NCBI GenBank assembly: GCA_050084985.1
Contig: JBITNC010000001.1
Span: forward strand, 89,776,001 to 89,840,000
DNA length: 64,000 nt
Direction of reading: 5' to 3'
Source: Nageia nagi
Lineage: Eukaryota; Plantae; Pinophyta
The translations under genes were made by a program, and so were the position numbers. A model generated the notes under the pieces. The model worked only from the letters and a program-made list of their open reading frames with translations, did no database searches and was not told where the DNA came from. Of this stretch, positions 13,801 to 26,600 are shown in pieces (within the stretch, counting starts at the first letter, position 1; each line of letters begins with the position of its first letter).

Positions 13801-16800
13801 TTTCTGAATTCTTGATTAAATATACATTACAAATTCTTAAACCAAAAGCTAAATAAAGATTGGTGGTTATCTCTAAAGAAAGCAAGATCGAAGGAAATAT
13901 TCAAGAAGCTCCTACTCATGAAGTCAACTTGCCAAAAAATCAAATAGTATTTTTCTTTCAAGATATAAATATTGGTTCATATCAAGCCATTTAAGAAGAA
14001 TCTAAAAGAGACATTGATATTCTAAATATGAATAATGTATGGAAAATGTATTTTGGTGGTAGTAAATGCAGAGAAGAAAATGGAGTAAGAATCATGTTTA
14101 TAGTGCTAATGGAGCTAAGAAATATTTTTCAATGGGTTGAATTTTCATTGCACTAATAACATTGAAAAATATGAAGCACTATATCAAGGTATGAATATAG
14201 TAAAGAAAGAGTTACAGATAAGAAATTTGATATGTTTTAGGGATGTAGAGTTTTTTTCAAACAAGTTAAAAATTAGTTTCAAACCAAAAAATCTTAATTT
14301 ACGATCATATAGACATCTCATATGGGACATGATTAAAAATTTTAATTCTTTCAATATAAATGCTATTATCTAAAGTCAAAATTCTCAAGTAGATTCTTTA
14401 GCTGTATCAATTGCTATGATAAAGCCTAACCCTTCTCTTGGATTAGGATATTATCCATTACTTTTCATACTAGCCCTACCAAATAATATTAAACATTGGT
14501 AAGTATTTAATTACAACAAATAAATCTTACATTTTTATAATATATTGAAGAATATTTATTGAGATTTATGGAATCAGATAAAATCATACAGATAGATTCA
14601 AACAAAATACCTCCAAGAATGATCAAACTAGAAAATCTCTATGATCGAAATGATCATTTCAATCGTCAAAGTTTGATCAAAGAGATATCAAAGTCAAAAT
14701 TAAAATTTAATTTAAATCCAAATGGAGTACGAGAAGAAGTCCTAATTGGTACTAAATGCATCTTAAATGAAAGAGAAGAACTGATTCAAGTTTTCAAAAG
14801 ATTTAAGAAAGTTTTTGCCTAGAATTATTATGATCTTAAAGGATTTAGAAAAGATGTATTCTAACATATGATTCCTTGTAAAGATAATTCGAAAACTTTT
14901 AGATAAAAAACCCATCATTTCAACCCAAAAAATGAAGTAATGATTAAAAAGGAAGTTGAGAAAATATTGGCATCAGATATAATTTATCCAATTATAAATT
15001 TTTCTTGGATAGCCAATATTATCTCGATTAGAAAGAAAAATGGAGATATCAGAATATGTATTGACTTTCAAAATCTCAACTTAGCATTCATAAAGGATAA
15101 TTACCAATTACTTATGATGGATCATATTTTACAAACCATTAATGGATTAGAGATGTTTTCTTTATTGAATGGTTATTATGGTTATAATCAAATCTAAGTT
15201 GCAAAAGAAGATCATTTTAAAATAGCATTCACTACTCTTTGGGGTACATTTGCATACAAATGGATGCCATTTGGGTTAACTAATGCAAGGGATACTTTCC
15301 AAAGAGCAATGGAATTTTTTTTCAAGGATTTGATTAATGAAATTATTATCATATATTTGGATGATATGAAAATACTTTCAAAATATAAAGAAGACCATGT
15401 GAAATATGTTGTTTAGGTATTGGATATATGTAAAGAGTTTGGGATATCTTTAAATTTGGAGAAATAAATTTTTGGAGTAACTAAAGGGAAACTCCTAGGA
15501 CACATCATATCTAAATAAAGAACTTGTATTAATCCAAAATGGGTAATCACTATTAAGAAAATTTCTTTACCCACACGTAGGAAATCCTTACAATCTTTCT
15601 TTGGAAAGGTTAATTTCTTGAGAATATTTATCCCAAATTTTATAGAAATCATATTTCCATTGAGTAAAATGCTAAAAAAAATGTGGAATTTAAATGGTTT
15701 AATGAAGAAAATTGGCTTTTGAAAAAATTAAGGAGGCACTCACAATTGAACCTACTATGGTACAACCCAATTTTAGTAAACCTTTTAAGATGTACTCTTA
15801 TGCATTAGATCATACTATTTCTTCAATATTAACCCAAGTGAATGAGAAAAATGAGGAACATCCAATCAATTTCATGAGCCATGCTCTAAAAAGTGCAAAG
15901 GAAAAGTACACTTTTCTAGAAAAGAAAGCATTTGCCATAGTCAAAGCAATGAAGAATTTAAATGTTTATATTTATGGAAAATAGGTCATAGTTTTTGTAC
16001 CAAATTCAATAGTAAAATCCATCCTAACATAGATAGAAATCAATGTTATCAAAGTTTTTTATATAGCCAAAATTTAGGAACATGATTTACTTTTTAAGCC
16101 AGTGAAAATAGTTAGAGGAAAAGGATTATGCAAGCTTATTACAAATATTTATCCTTTAGAAGAAGATCATCAAACATAGGCATTGATTATCATGATGGAT
16201 GATAGAAATTGGTTCAATGATTATCTTAAAATATTTAAAGATAGAAAAAACACCAAAATATTTATCATTTACCATGAAATGATCTCTTAAAGTTAAATAA
16301 GGGAAGTATTGTTTATGTGATAATGTTCTTTTTCATAAAATTTTTGATGGTATTCTATTAAGATCTATTGAAAATAACTAGATTCTTAAAATCCTCACAA
16401 AATTTTATGATGGAGTTTGTGGTGGACATTTTACTCCTACCACAACTTCATACAAGATAATTAGATCTAGATGTTATTGAGATACTATGTTTAAATATTG
16501 TAATGAATATGTCTATAGTTATTTAGAATGTCAAAAGTTTACTAAAAGGGAGAAATTTAGAACTACCCCTTTGAAGCAAGTTATAACTAATGCACCATTT
16601 GCAAAGTGGGACATTGATTTCATAGGGCCAATAAATCTATTATCTAGTAAAGGTCATATGTTCATCCTCACAGCTACTGATTACTTCATAAATGGGTAGA
16701 AGCCATGGCTACGATCATTATCAATTTTCTCAAAAAAAAATCTATTCCAAATTTGGTATTTTGATAAACATTATAGCTAATAATGCTAAATTTTTTGATT

Positions 16801-18300
16801 TTATTGAAATTAAAAATCATTCTTTAGAATATAATGTCCAAATTTAGCTAGTGTCAGATTATTATCTGTAAGGAAATGGTATTGCTGAATCATCAAATAA
16901 GAATATGAGATGAATCATCTCCCAAATTCTTCATCTAAATATGAGAAATTGGCATAATGAACTAAATTTTTCTCTTTGGGTAGATTGAATCACTCTAAAA
17001 GAATCAATTAAATGCTCTTCGTTCTATCTTGTCCATGGTAGAGAAATCATTTTTGCAATCATATTGGAAATTCCTAGTCTCAAGTTAATGGAAAATATTA
17101 AATAAGAAAAACAATTTACCAATAGGCATTTTGAGTTAATTGAGATAGAAGAAAATAGAGAACAAGCTCTAAAAAATGAAATAAAAAATAAAATAAAAAT
17201 AAAAAATACTTTGGTCAATATGCTCACAATAGAAATTTTAAAGTTGGTGACAAGGTTTGGTTATGGAATAGTCGTCATGAACATAAAGGTAAACATAAAA
17301 AGTTTGACTCTTTGTGGTTGGGACCCTATGAGATTTTTGAAATAGTCTCAAATCATACCTATATCCTTTGCAATGGCAACTTGTATGTTTTCCCAATCCC
17401 TCATAATATCATCCATTTGAAAAAGTTCTTCCCATGCAACATAAATGAACAAAGCATCAAAGACATCATCCTTAAAAAATTGAACTAGATCGTTAGTCAA
17501 AATTTTCTTGTACATTTTGTATATTAAATGTATATGTTTTCAATGATTTCTATTTTGATCTTTTTCTAAGTCATCCTTCTAAACTCTATATTGATCATCT
17601 TTCAAGAATTTTCAAAAAATAGGTGTTTTTACAAAAAGGGTTTCTTAGACTTTTTTCTTCCTTCTTTTTAACGTTTGAAGATTTTAGAGTTTCTTCTAAG
17701 TTGTTAATATTTAAAATTCCTAAGACCTAATTTTATAATATTGAACCCTAAAAAGATAGATGATATAGAAAAAATGAAGTCTTATGAGTAATACTAAGAT
17801 AATAATGATTTTCTGTTAATCTCCTTCTCAATCTAGCTATGAGGATTTAGAATGCTGGAAGTTTTAGTTTCTTTCCAAATTTATTTTGGTAACTTTGGTA
17901 AGACTGAGAATATAAAAGTTTTCCACAAAAAAAAACACACACACACACATATATATAATGGAAATAAAGAAAAAATATTCTCAACACTTGAACAAACTCC
18001 ATTGGAGCTATAGATGCTTATTAGCAATGTGAGCAATTGTTCAAAGTTAGAGGTATCCCTATCAAGGTTATGAAAGCTTACTAGTAGTAGAGATAATGTC
18101 CGGTATAAATAGGTACCAAGGATGTCTTCAGGTAAACCATACATATGATCAAAGTACCAGGAAAGAAACATTAGATTGGTATAAAAAGTTGCAACCAATA
18201 CTTGTAACAATATCAATATCAAATAAGGAAGATTAGGCAATAATCAAGGGGAATTCCAATCCAAGCATTTCACCATTCATATTGCCATAAGAATTGATCA
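10829..18300 (+). mobile_element. Second degenerate Tat-clade Gypsy element: gag-PR-aRH-RT-RH-INT
   Basis: gag NWYNSLPIGSITSWDNLSDTFLARF (~12330); PR LPPFYMSL...ILDLGATDNIMP (~13470); aRH WKMYFGGSKC...CTNNIEKYEAL (14037-14420); RT 14940-15650 with IYLDD; RH 15712-16140; INT GGHF...FAKWDIDFIGPI...TATDYF (16330-17440). Confidence 0.93.
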
Positions 18301-18410
18301 AAGAACAATTAACTAAATAATTTAATCAAGAAGATAATATTCTTCAAAACAATATTAATCCAAATATAAGTTAACTCAAAAAATTTAATTAAAATTATAT
18401 ATTTTACAAA

Positions 18411-18830
18411 TGAATATATGAAGTGTGAGGAGCGTGGAATAATCCTTGCTTTCCTCTTTTCTATTTCTATAAAAATATATGTTTTTTAATTTTTTAATTA
18501 ATTTATTAATTAAAATAAAATAATTTAATTTAAAAATTTAATTAATTTATTAAAATATATATTTTACATATATTCATTTGTAGAATATATATTTTAATAA
18601 ATTAGTTAAGTTTTCAAATTAAATTATTTTATTTTAATTAATAAATTAATTTAATTACAAATTATAAAAAATAACAATAACAAATAATTAAAAAAAACTA
18701 AAAAGTTTGTATAATAATCAATATTAATTATTTTATTTTAATTAATAAATTAATTAAAAAAAACATATATTTTTATAGAAATAAAAAAGAGGAAAGCAGG
18801 GATTATTCCCCACTCCTCACAGTTCATTCA
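18411..18830. repeat. AT-rich foldback (nested inverted repeat), MITE/foldback-like
   Basis: 18411-18530 (gtgaggagcgtggaataatccttgctttcctctttt...) is the reverse complement of ~18725-18830. An inner stem pairs 18495-18568 with 18579-18655 around a 10-nt loop. Confidence 0.85.
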
Positions 18831-19063
18831 AAAAGCAGTTCAACCTCCTTCATGAGAAACTAAACCAACAAAGTCAATTGGTAAAGGTGGTCGTCTCAAA
18901 AGGAGAAGAAAGAAAGAAGATTACCGGTTCAAATCTTACAGACGAAGCACCCTTACAAGTTTATAGACTTTTATTATAAAATTAATTACTAAATATTGAA
19001 AATAAATAATATAAAAAAACATTGTTAGGTTGATATGGCGGATAAGTTGATTTGGCATACGCG

Positions 19064-19870
19064 TGACGTAACGGTAAGGTTGACGTGGCAAGGTGACCTC
19101 GAAAAGAGTGACGTGGCACAAGGTAACAACGCATTAGATGACGTGGCACAAGCTGAAGTAGCAAGGGATCACGTGGCAAAGAATGACATCGCAAGCGATT
19201 ACGTGGCAAAAGACAACGTGGTAGGTGATGACGTCGGAAAGCTGACGTGGCAAGGGATAACATGGAAGATGCTGCCGTGGCGTAGGATAACGTGGCTAAT
19301 GATGACGTGTTGTGGGTGACGTGGAGGATAGTGACGTGTGGATGACGTGGCGTTAGATGATGACGAGGCAGAGATGACGTATGGGAATGACGTGGCAGGT
19401 AATAACGTGACATATAATGACGTGGCATGGGCTACGTGGCATATAATAACGTGGCAGATGATGACGTGGCATGGGTGAAATGGCTTATGATGGCGTGGGG
19501 TGGGTACCGTGGCTTATGATGATGTGGTTTGGGTGACGTGGCATATGACGACGTGGCGTGCGTGACGTGGCTTATGTTGACTTGAGTGGGTGACGTGGCA
19601 TGGGTGACATGGCGTGAGATGACGTGGTAGATGTTGGCGTGGCATGGGATGACGTGGTAGATGATGGCGAGGCATGGGATGACGTGGCATTCAATGTCGA
19701 GGCACATGGTGATGTTGCATTAGGTGACCTGCCATTCGGTGGCGTGGCCTGCCCTGATTCTGCATAAGATGACGTGGCATAAGATGATATGGCAAATGAT
19801 GACATGGCATACGATAACGTGGCAGTTTGTGACATGGCAAGGTGTGACGTGGCACAAGGTGACGGGGCAT
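19064..19870 (+). repeat. CpG-rich minisatellite-like array of about 55 x 14-15-bp units, consensus GATGACGTGGCANNN (G-box/ABRE/hex core)
   Basis: ACGTGG cores at 19111, 19141, 19171, 19201, 19216, 19245 and onward. The 15-bp phase produces 5-aa periodic spurious ORFs on both strands. Confidence 0.9.
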
Positions 19871-20624
19871 AATAATAACAAATTTAAAATGTCAAAATCT
19901 TTGAAAATATAAATCCGTTTTTAATGATCCAAATTGGGTTAGAAAGCTATTAGCGTGATTTTTTTGAATTTTCTACCAAAATATTGAAATAAAAATTTCA
20001 AAATTTGGATTTTTGGTATGCAAATGACATGGCAAGGTGGGGCATCCACCAAAAATTAAAATGGTCATAACTTTTGCTCTATTACTTCAATTTTGACAAT
20101 TCAAAAAGCATTGGTAAGATCTCAGAAATGGGTATCTAGAAATGATATAAAATTTCAGTTTTGACAACTTTGAATTCTGACGTATATTCAATATATATAT
20201 ACACTCAAATTTCAAGAGCACATATCTTGATAAAAAAAATAACTCAGATTTTTACAATTTCAATTGCATTGTCAAAATTTCAATAACTAGATTTTAAATA
20301 TGTAAAAAGATTTAATTTTTGATAGCCTAAAATTTATTAAATACACAACAATATTCATAATGTTTGCACTTAGTTTTGAATGTTGTTTTATGGGTATATA
20401 GCTCTTTTATCCTCAATTGATGATGCTTAATTTTCAAATCAACATGTAAAAAGATTATAAAATATTTTAGTTGATCAAATAAATAATTTATTTTATGTAA
20501 CAAATATCTATATTTTATAGTGACCTTGCTTATTATATTAAATCAATCATTTATTTGAGGTAATGAATATCTATTTTTGATATTAACTTTATTGAGTACT
20601 ATATAATCTAGATATAATATCAAG

Positions 20625-21360
20625 TTACACTCTTTTTCTTTACAAGTAACATGGGGCATCCCACTAAGAAACACTTGGTTTGATCAACCATTTCTCCAAA
20701 AAATCCCTTCATTGTACCTTAAGTTCTTACACCTCAATTATTATCATTTGATAAAGAGTACTTGATATAGATTCTACCCTTGGAGCTACTTTGATTGAGA
20801 AATTAAATTCTTATTAAGGGGGTAATCTTGATAACTCCATGGGAAACACATGCCAATAATTTTTCAATAATAGCCATATTGAGAACAAACATTCTTCATT
20901 ATCTTTGTCTTCCATCTTATTAATTTTTGCAACATACATAAGCTCCCTTTTCTAACAACTCTTTTCAACTATAAGGCAATTGTTAATTGAGGTTAGAAGA
21001 CCTTTTACTTGTTGAAAAGTCTCCATCTAACCAAGTCTTTAATCAATAAGTTTAACCATTTCTTATGGAAATCTACCAATGCTTTATGCTTTCACAACCA
21101 AACCATGCCCAAAACTAAATCAAAAGTGCATAGGTGCTACATAAAGGTCACACTTTGTGGTTCCCTCAAGAAGGAATATCTCACATATTGAATTATATAA
21201 TGTGGATTACACAAGTCAATTATACCCTCCTATCCTATAGATTTTAATCTCACATATGACAATTCATTAGTAAAGGTCCTTTGGAAGGATCATATTTTAT
21301 CACCTTGATAATCTTGTGGATTATCATGACTCCATCAATTAGTAAAGTTCCACACCACCT
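20625..21360 (-). mobile_element. Chromovirus-type Gypsy fragment (protease C-terminus plus RT N-terminus)
   Basis: The minus strand reads FDLVLGMVWL, then HVFPMELSRLPP..FSIKVAP...ELKVQ..FLEKWLIKPSVS*WDAP, matching DVFPEELPGLPP...IRPSVSPWGAP. Confidence 0.8.
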
Positions 21361-21692
21361 TAGCCATTTCACTTTATTCAACCAAAATGGCAATCAAAGT
21401 CTCATATCCTCAATATTTTATGATTTTTTATGGTAAAAATACCAATAAGTGGTTTTTAGGATAATAATACATTATAGGATAATTATGGAATATATGTTAA
21501 TTATAGGATAGAGACTAGTACTAGAATGGAGGTTAATTATAGGTTAGAGCTTAATTATGGAATATAGGTTATTTTTAGGATAGTGATTATTTTTAGAAGT
21601 GTGTTATTCCATATCTTTTTTTAGTTCTTCTCTCTTGTATTGATACTTCATTAATGAATGTAATAGACCAACTTTCTCATTCAAATCTATAA

Positions 21693-21704
21693 TGGTATCA
21701 TAGC
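21693..21704 (+). promoter_or_regulatory. Primer binding site (tRNA-iMet) of Copia element
   Basis: TGGTATCATAGC versus canonical TGGTATCAGAGC, upstream of the Copia gag. Confidence 0.75.
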
Positions 21705-23625
21705 ATATCTCATAGGAAAATCATTCCTTGCTTCTAATCGCTTATGAAGGTTTCTTACAAAGATTTAAAGGGTGTCTATTTTGAATCCTATGCTAATTTT
21801 TTGATCTGTTGCGCAATTGCATACTACCTATTGTGCATACATCAAACCTACATACTTGTTTCTTGATGCTTGATTCTCTTTAAGAGAAAGATGTGTTGCA
21901 AAAGTTGTGTGTGAAGATACAAGGTAAAAGTATTGTAGATGCTTAGTAATCCTTTTGCATGTGAGTTGCAAGTGTGAAGTATATGTCAAGTGAATGAAAC
22001 TGTGAGTAAATTTGTTTGGAAAAGTAATCACCTCAGGACTAGTAAAAAGTAAAGTTTGCTACCATTTTTCTTTGAAATTTGGTCACATTAATCTTGAATC
22101 GAGCTCCATTTTATAGTCTTGGGTTTAAAATCCTAGAAAATCTTATATAGGATCTATGAAAAGTGGATGATTTCTTGAAGTTTTAGTAAAAATGGAATAC
22201 ATAGCTCCTAAAATCCTCCTTCTTAACTCTCAAATCTTGAAAGGAAATAATTATGCTCCATAGAAGATAAAATTCAAGCCATTCTTGAATTTTAAGGCCT
22301 ATGTGACATTGTTAATGGGAATGAGAAACATCCAAAAATTGTTAGAGATCCACAAAATGAGTTTGATCAATGTAATAGAAAGGCATGTATGATCTTCCTT
22401 GGAATCTTGGATGATATCCAACCCCATGTTCATGATTTCAAGGATGCTGTTGAAGCTAGGAAGAAATTACAAGTGTTTGAATCAAAGAATCAAAATCGAA
22501 TTCTTCATCTTGAAGGACAACTACACAATTTGAAGTTGAAAGGTGGAGAGAAGTTAGAATCTTTTCTTTGCCAAGTTGCAGAACTTTGTACCTTCCTATA
22601 AGCATTAGAATCTCCTTGTACCCATTGTCTTAAGAACTCTCCTAGATTCCTACCACATCTTTGTGATATCCTTGAACATCACCAAACAAAAGCCAAAATT
22701 TGAAGAGTTGGTGAATATGTTGCAACAAGAGGAGGCCTTGCATGAGAATTTGAATGAAGATGAGCATGCAATGGTGTGCGGTTAGATAGGTAAGAAGCAA
22801 CAAAAGGAAAAAGGCAAGTCATAAGATCCCAATAAATTCAAAAGAAGTATTGCTTGATTTACATAATAAAGGGGCATGAATTGCAAGATTATTGGTATAA
22901 CTCTTTTGCTCAATATTCTTTAAGTGAAAAAAAATATAAAAGACTACCTCCCAATAACAAAGGAGAATGGAAAAATAGGAGACCATAAGGATATCAACAA
23001 GGGAATGTTGTTAATATTGAAGAAGAGGAGTTTGATACTTTGAATGAGGATAAGTGTTATCTCATTTGAGACAAATCTAATAATCATATTGTGGCTTAGG
23101 AAATAGGAGTTAAGAGGATATTCCTGGTTGATGTTGTGGCTTCCAATAATCGGGCACTCACTATTTGTCTTATGATTGTCCCCACTTTTTGGCATTGATG
23201 ATAGAGACACATGAATCTCAACTACCTAATTACTGTGCATAAGAAGAATATGGTCCATGGACTTCCCTCTCTTACTTCTCATACATCTATTTGCTCTTCT
23301 TGCATTATAGAAAAATACATCAAATTCCTTTTAAGGCTTGCACCCATTGTGCTAAGGGATCTCTTGATGTGATTCATTTCGATCTATGCCCCTATTAAAG
23401 CTAGCCACAATCACTATTGATATTTCCTATTGTTTGTTGATGATTACTCCCAAAAGATGTGGGTGTATTTCTTAAGAGAAAAGTGAGAGACCTTTGAGTT
23501 CTTCAAGGAGTTCAAGGATCATGTGGAGAATGCCACTAATTGTCACATCCATGTACTTCCCTCATATTAAGGAGATGAGTACATATTAAATGAGTTTTAT
23601 GCTTTGTTGAGAGTGGGATTCAATG
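21693..23625 (+). mobile_element. Ty1/Copia element A: gag plus partial integrase, degenerate
   Basis: gag LKGNNYAP*K, RILHLEGQLHNLKLKGGEKLESFL; INT HGLPSL..ICSSC..LDVIHFDLC..YFLLFVDDYSQKMWVYFLREK. Confidence 0.85.
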
Positions 23626-26600
23626 GTAAGAGAATGAAAGTGTGAGTGATTATTATGTGAGAGTAAATGATCTTATGAATAAGATGTCTACTCATGGAGA
23701 GAATTTGAAAATAGAAGTGGTTGTAAAAAAGGCATTAAGATTATTTACTCCTAATGGAACCATGTTGCAATAGTCATAGACGAAAGAAAATATTTGACAA
23801 AACTTGAGTTTGATAACTTGTTAGTTTTCTTATGTCACATGAGGAGAGGCTAAGATATACAAACAAAGAGGGAGATGAAACTACCTTTAATTTAGAGTTG
23901 AAATCTTCAAAAAAATAGATGAGGATGAGCCCAACTCAAGTAGAGGTAGACGAAGAAGAGGACGAGGGAATTCTAATTCCAAAACAAGAAGAGAAAGGAC
24001 AAAAGAAAATAAAGTTGAATGCGATAATTTTTAAAAGGGGTCACATTGTAAAATATCATTGGTCAAAGACTGCAAATAAGGATAAAATGACACATTATGT
24101 TTATGAAGATGAAGACTCTCAATGTAATCTTTTCTTAACTAGTGATATGGTGGAAAAGACTAGCAATGGAGTTTGGTATTTGGATTATGGAAAAAGGAAT
24201 TTATTTGTTCATGTTAATGATAACTTAAAGTTAAAAATTATGTTTGGAAATAATAATTCTTTGGAAGTGGTTGGAAAAGGTTCCATGGAGGTTGGAACAA
24301 AAGAAGGTACAAAAATAATTAATGATATTTTTATGCTTTAAAATTGAAGAATAATTTGTCAAGTGTTGCACAACTTGTTGAAAAGAATTTAAAATCTTTG
24401 TTTAGCATTAATGAATACATTATTTATGACAAGGGTAATAGGAATCATGTTTTCACTATTGTTCCATTGTCTAAAAAAGAATGTTTCCTTTGAAGTTTGA
24501 TAACAAGGGAGATGTGAACTTAGTAAATTTGGCACTAGAAGACAAGAATTGGCTATGGAATTTAAGGTTTGGTCACTTTAATTTTAAGAGTTTGAAGTTT
24601 TTATCTACACAAAGTATAGTGAATGTACTACAAAAGGTTGAAGAGCACAAACATGTGTGTGGAATTTGTATGATGGGAAAGCATATTAGGATTGAGTTCC
24701 CAAAATACAAGACATGGAGAGCCACATATCCTCTTCAACTAGTTTATTCTGATATATATGATCCAATACAAGCATAAAGCTTGGGTCACCTACAAGTACA
24801 ACTAAATGTACTTCAGGTCCAAGAAATAGTGACTCCTTTTCAAGCCCAAAGTAAAATATAAATAAAGGGAAGAGGAAATTGCAAGCTAATCCACCCAACC
24901 AAATGATGGATAAGAATTTTGAAAGAAATTTGAAAAGGAGTCAAGAAAAAGGAATGGACCAAGATATTTCTAAGATAGAGAAGCTAAAAGTTTATGGTGA
25001 TGATGAAGAGGAACCCAAAGGTGAGATGATGCATTATGCTTTATTATCTTCAATTGATTTAGAACCTTCTTGTTTTGAGGATGCTTGTACTAGTGGTGTT
25101 TAGTTGCAAGCAATGGAAAATGAAATTCAATACATAGAAAAGAATGATACTTGGTAATTAATGGAGTTGCCTAAAGGAAAAAAGGTTGTTGGTTAAAAAT
25201 TGGTATTAAAATAAAGTATAACAATGATGGAAGCATACAAAAGCATAAAGCAAGGCTAGTTGTAAAGCATTTTAAATAAATATATGGCATGGATAGTTTT
25301 GACCCTATAGCAATAATAGCCTATTAGGATGGCTCTTTAATTGGTTTCAAATAAATAGTTGAAGATGTACCACCTGGATGTGAAGAGTGCTTTTTTGAAT
25401 GGTTACATTGAAGAAGAGGTTTATGCACAACAAATTCAAAGTTATGAAATTGAAATTAAGGAGAACCATGTGTATAAACTTCAAAAAATATATTGTATAG
25501 ATTGAAATAAGCTCCTATACTTGGTACTCTATGATTGATAAATATTTTAAAAATTATGGATTCAAGAAGAGAAAAAATCACTACTACATTTTAGCGATTT
25601 TGCATCAATCCATACTTTTATTTTTTTTTTAAATTGTATAAATCATGATGCATCAATTGATGCTAATGGTATTATCAAACAAAGTGTCATGTTTTGCATC
25701 AATTATAACGTGATCTCTTGCATCATATATCGATATTATTAGCATCAAATAATTAACATTATACATGATGTATAAAGTTTCATTTATAGCATCAAAATTA
25801 TAGGAATGAGAAAGATTTCTTGTTTGCATCATGCATCTTATCAAATAATTTGCCTATCTTCCTTTCATGTTTTGCATATATGTCTAACAGGGCACTCACA
25901 ACCACAACATCCAATAAAAATTTGATTTTAAAGATTCTTTGATGTATGTATAAACCCTTTTACAAATCTCTTAGTTTGGAGTATGCTTTGAGGATGTTGG
26001 GAAAGGTGAATTCATTTGTTTGGACTACTTTTGGTGTTTATTGCATTTGGTGAAATAGTTTCAATGCTTGTTGAGGAAAGCCATATCTTTGGTAACCTAA
26101 AATTATCATATGCCATGAGAAGATTTGTCATTTGGTCATACAGTCAAAAACTTCATGGGTGTCCACCAAAATACTGATGCCTTCAACATTTGTTTAGCTC
26201 TTATAGACCTCCATCACCAAAAATGCATTCAACATATCTTCAACTCCTATAGACCTACAACACCAAAAATGCATTCAACATGTCTTCAGCTCCTACAGAT
26301 CTGTATCACCAAAAATTCGCTTATAAAGGGTAATTTCCTTCATTCACTCATCAATGGCATAATTATCACCATTAAAAATTGACTTTTGATCAAGGGAATG
26401 CATTGACAGTTGACAGTGGATCATGCCATGATCTGTGTGCATGATTCGTACCTTTTTTTTCAATTCCATGTATCACTTGACATATTATTTGAAGCAATAA
26501 AATGCATCAATTGATGAATGATGCCTTAGTTTATGCCTCAATTAATGCATCTATTATGCCTCAATTAATGTATTAATTGATGCATAAATTGATTGCATCA

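Noticed and set aside
17934-17958. (CA)n(TA)n microsatellite
   Set aside because: Short and ordinary.
19064-19870. CRISPR-like repeat/spacer pattern
   Set aside because: Cores of ~10 bp and spacers of 3-5 bp are far too short, there are no cas genes and the context is eukaryotic.
18936-19912. His/Arg/Pro- and Ala/Thr/Ser-rich ORFs on both strands
   Set aside because: By-products of the 15-bp repeat: 5-aa periodicity, frames shift at 14-bp units and there is no gene context.
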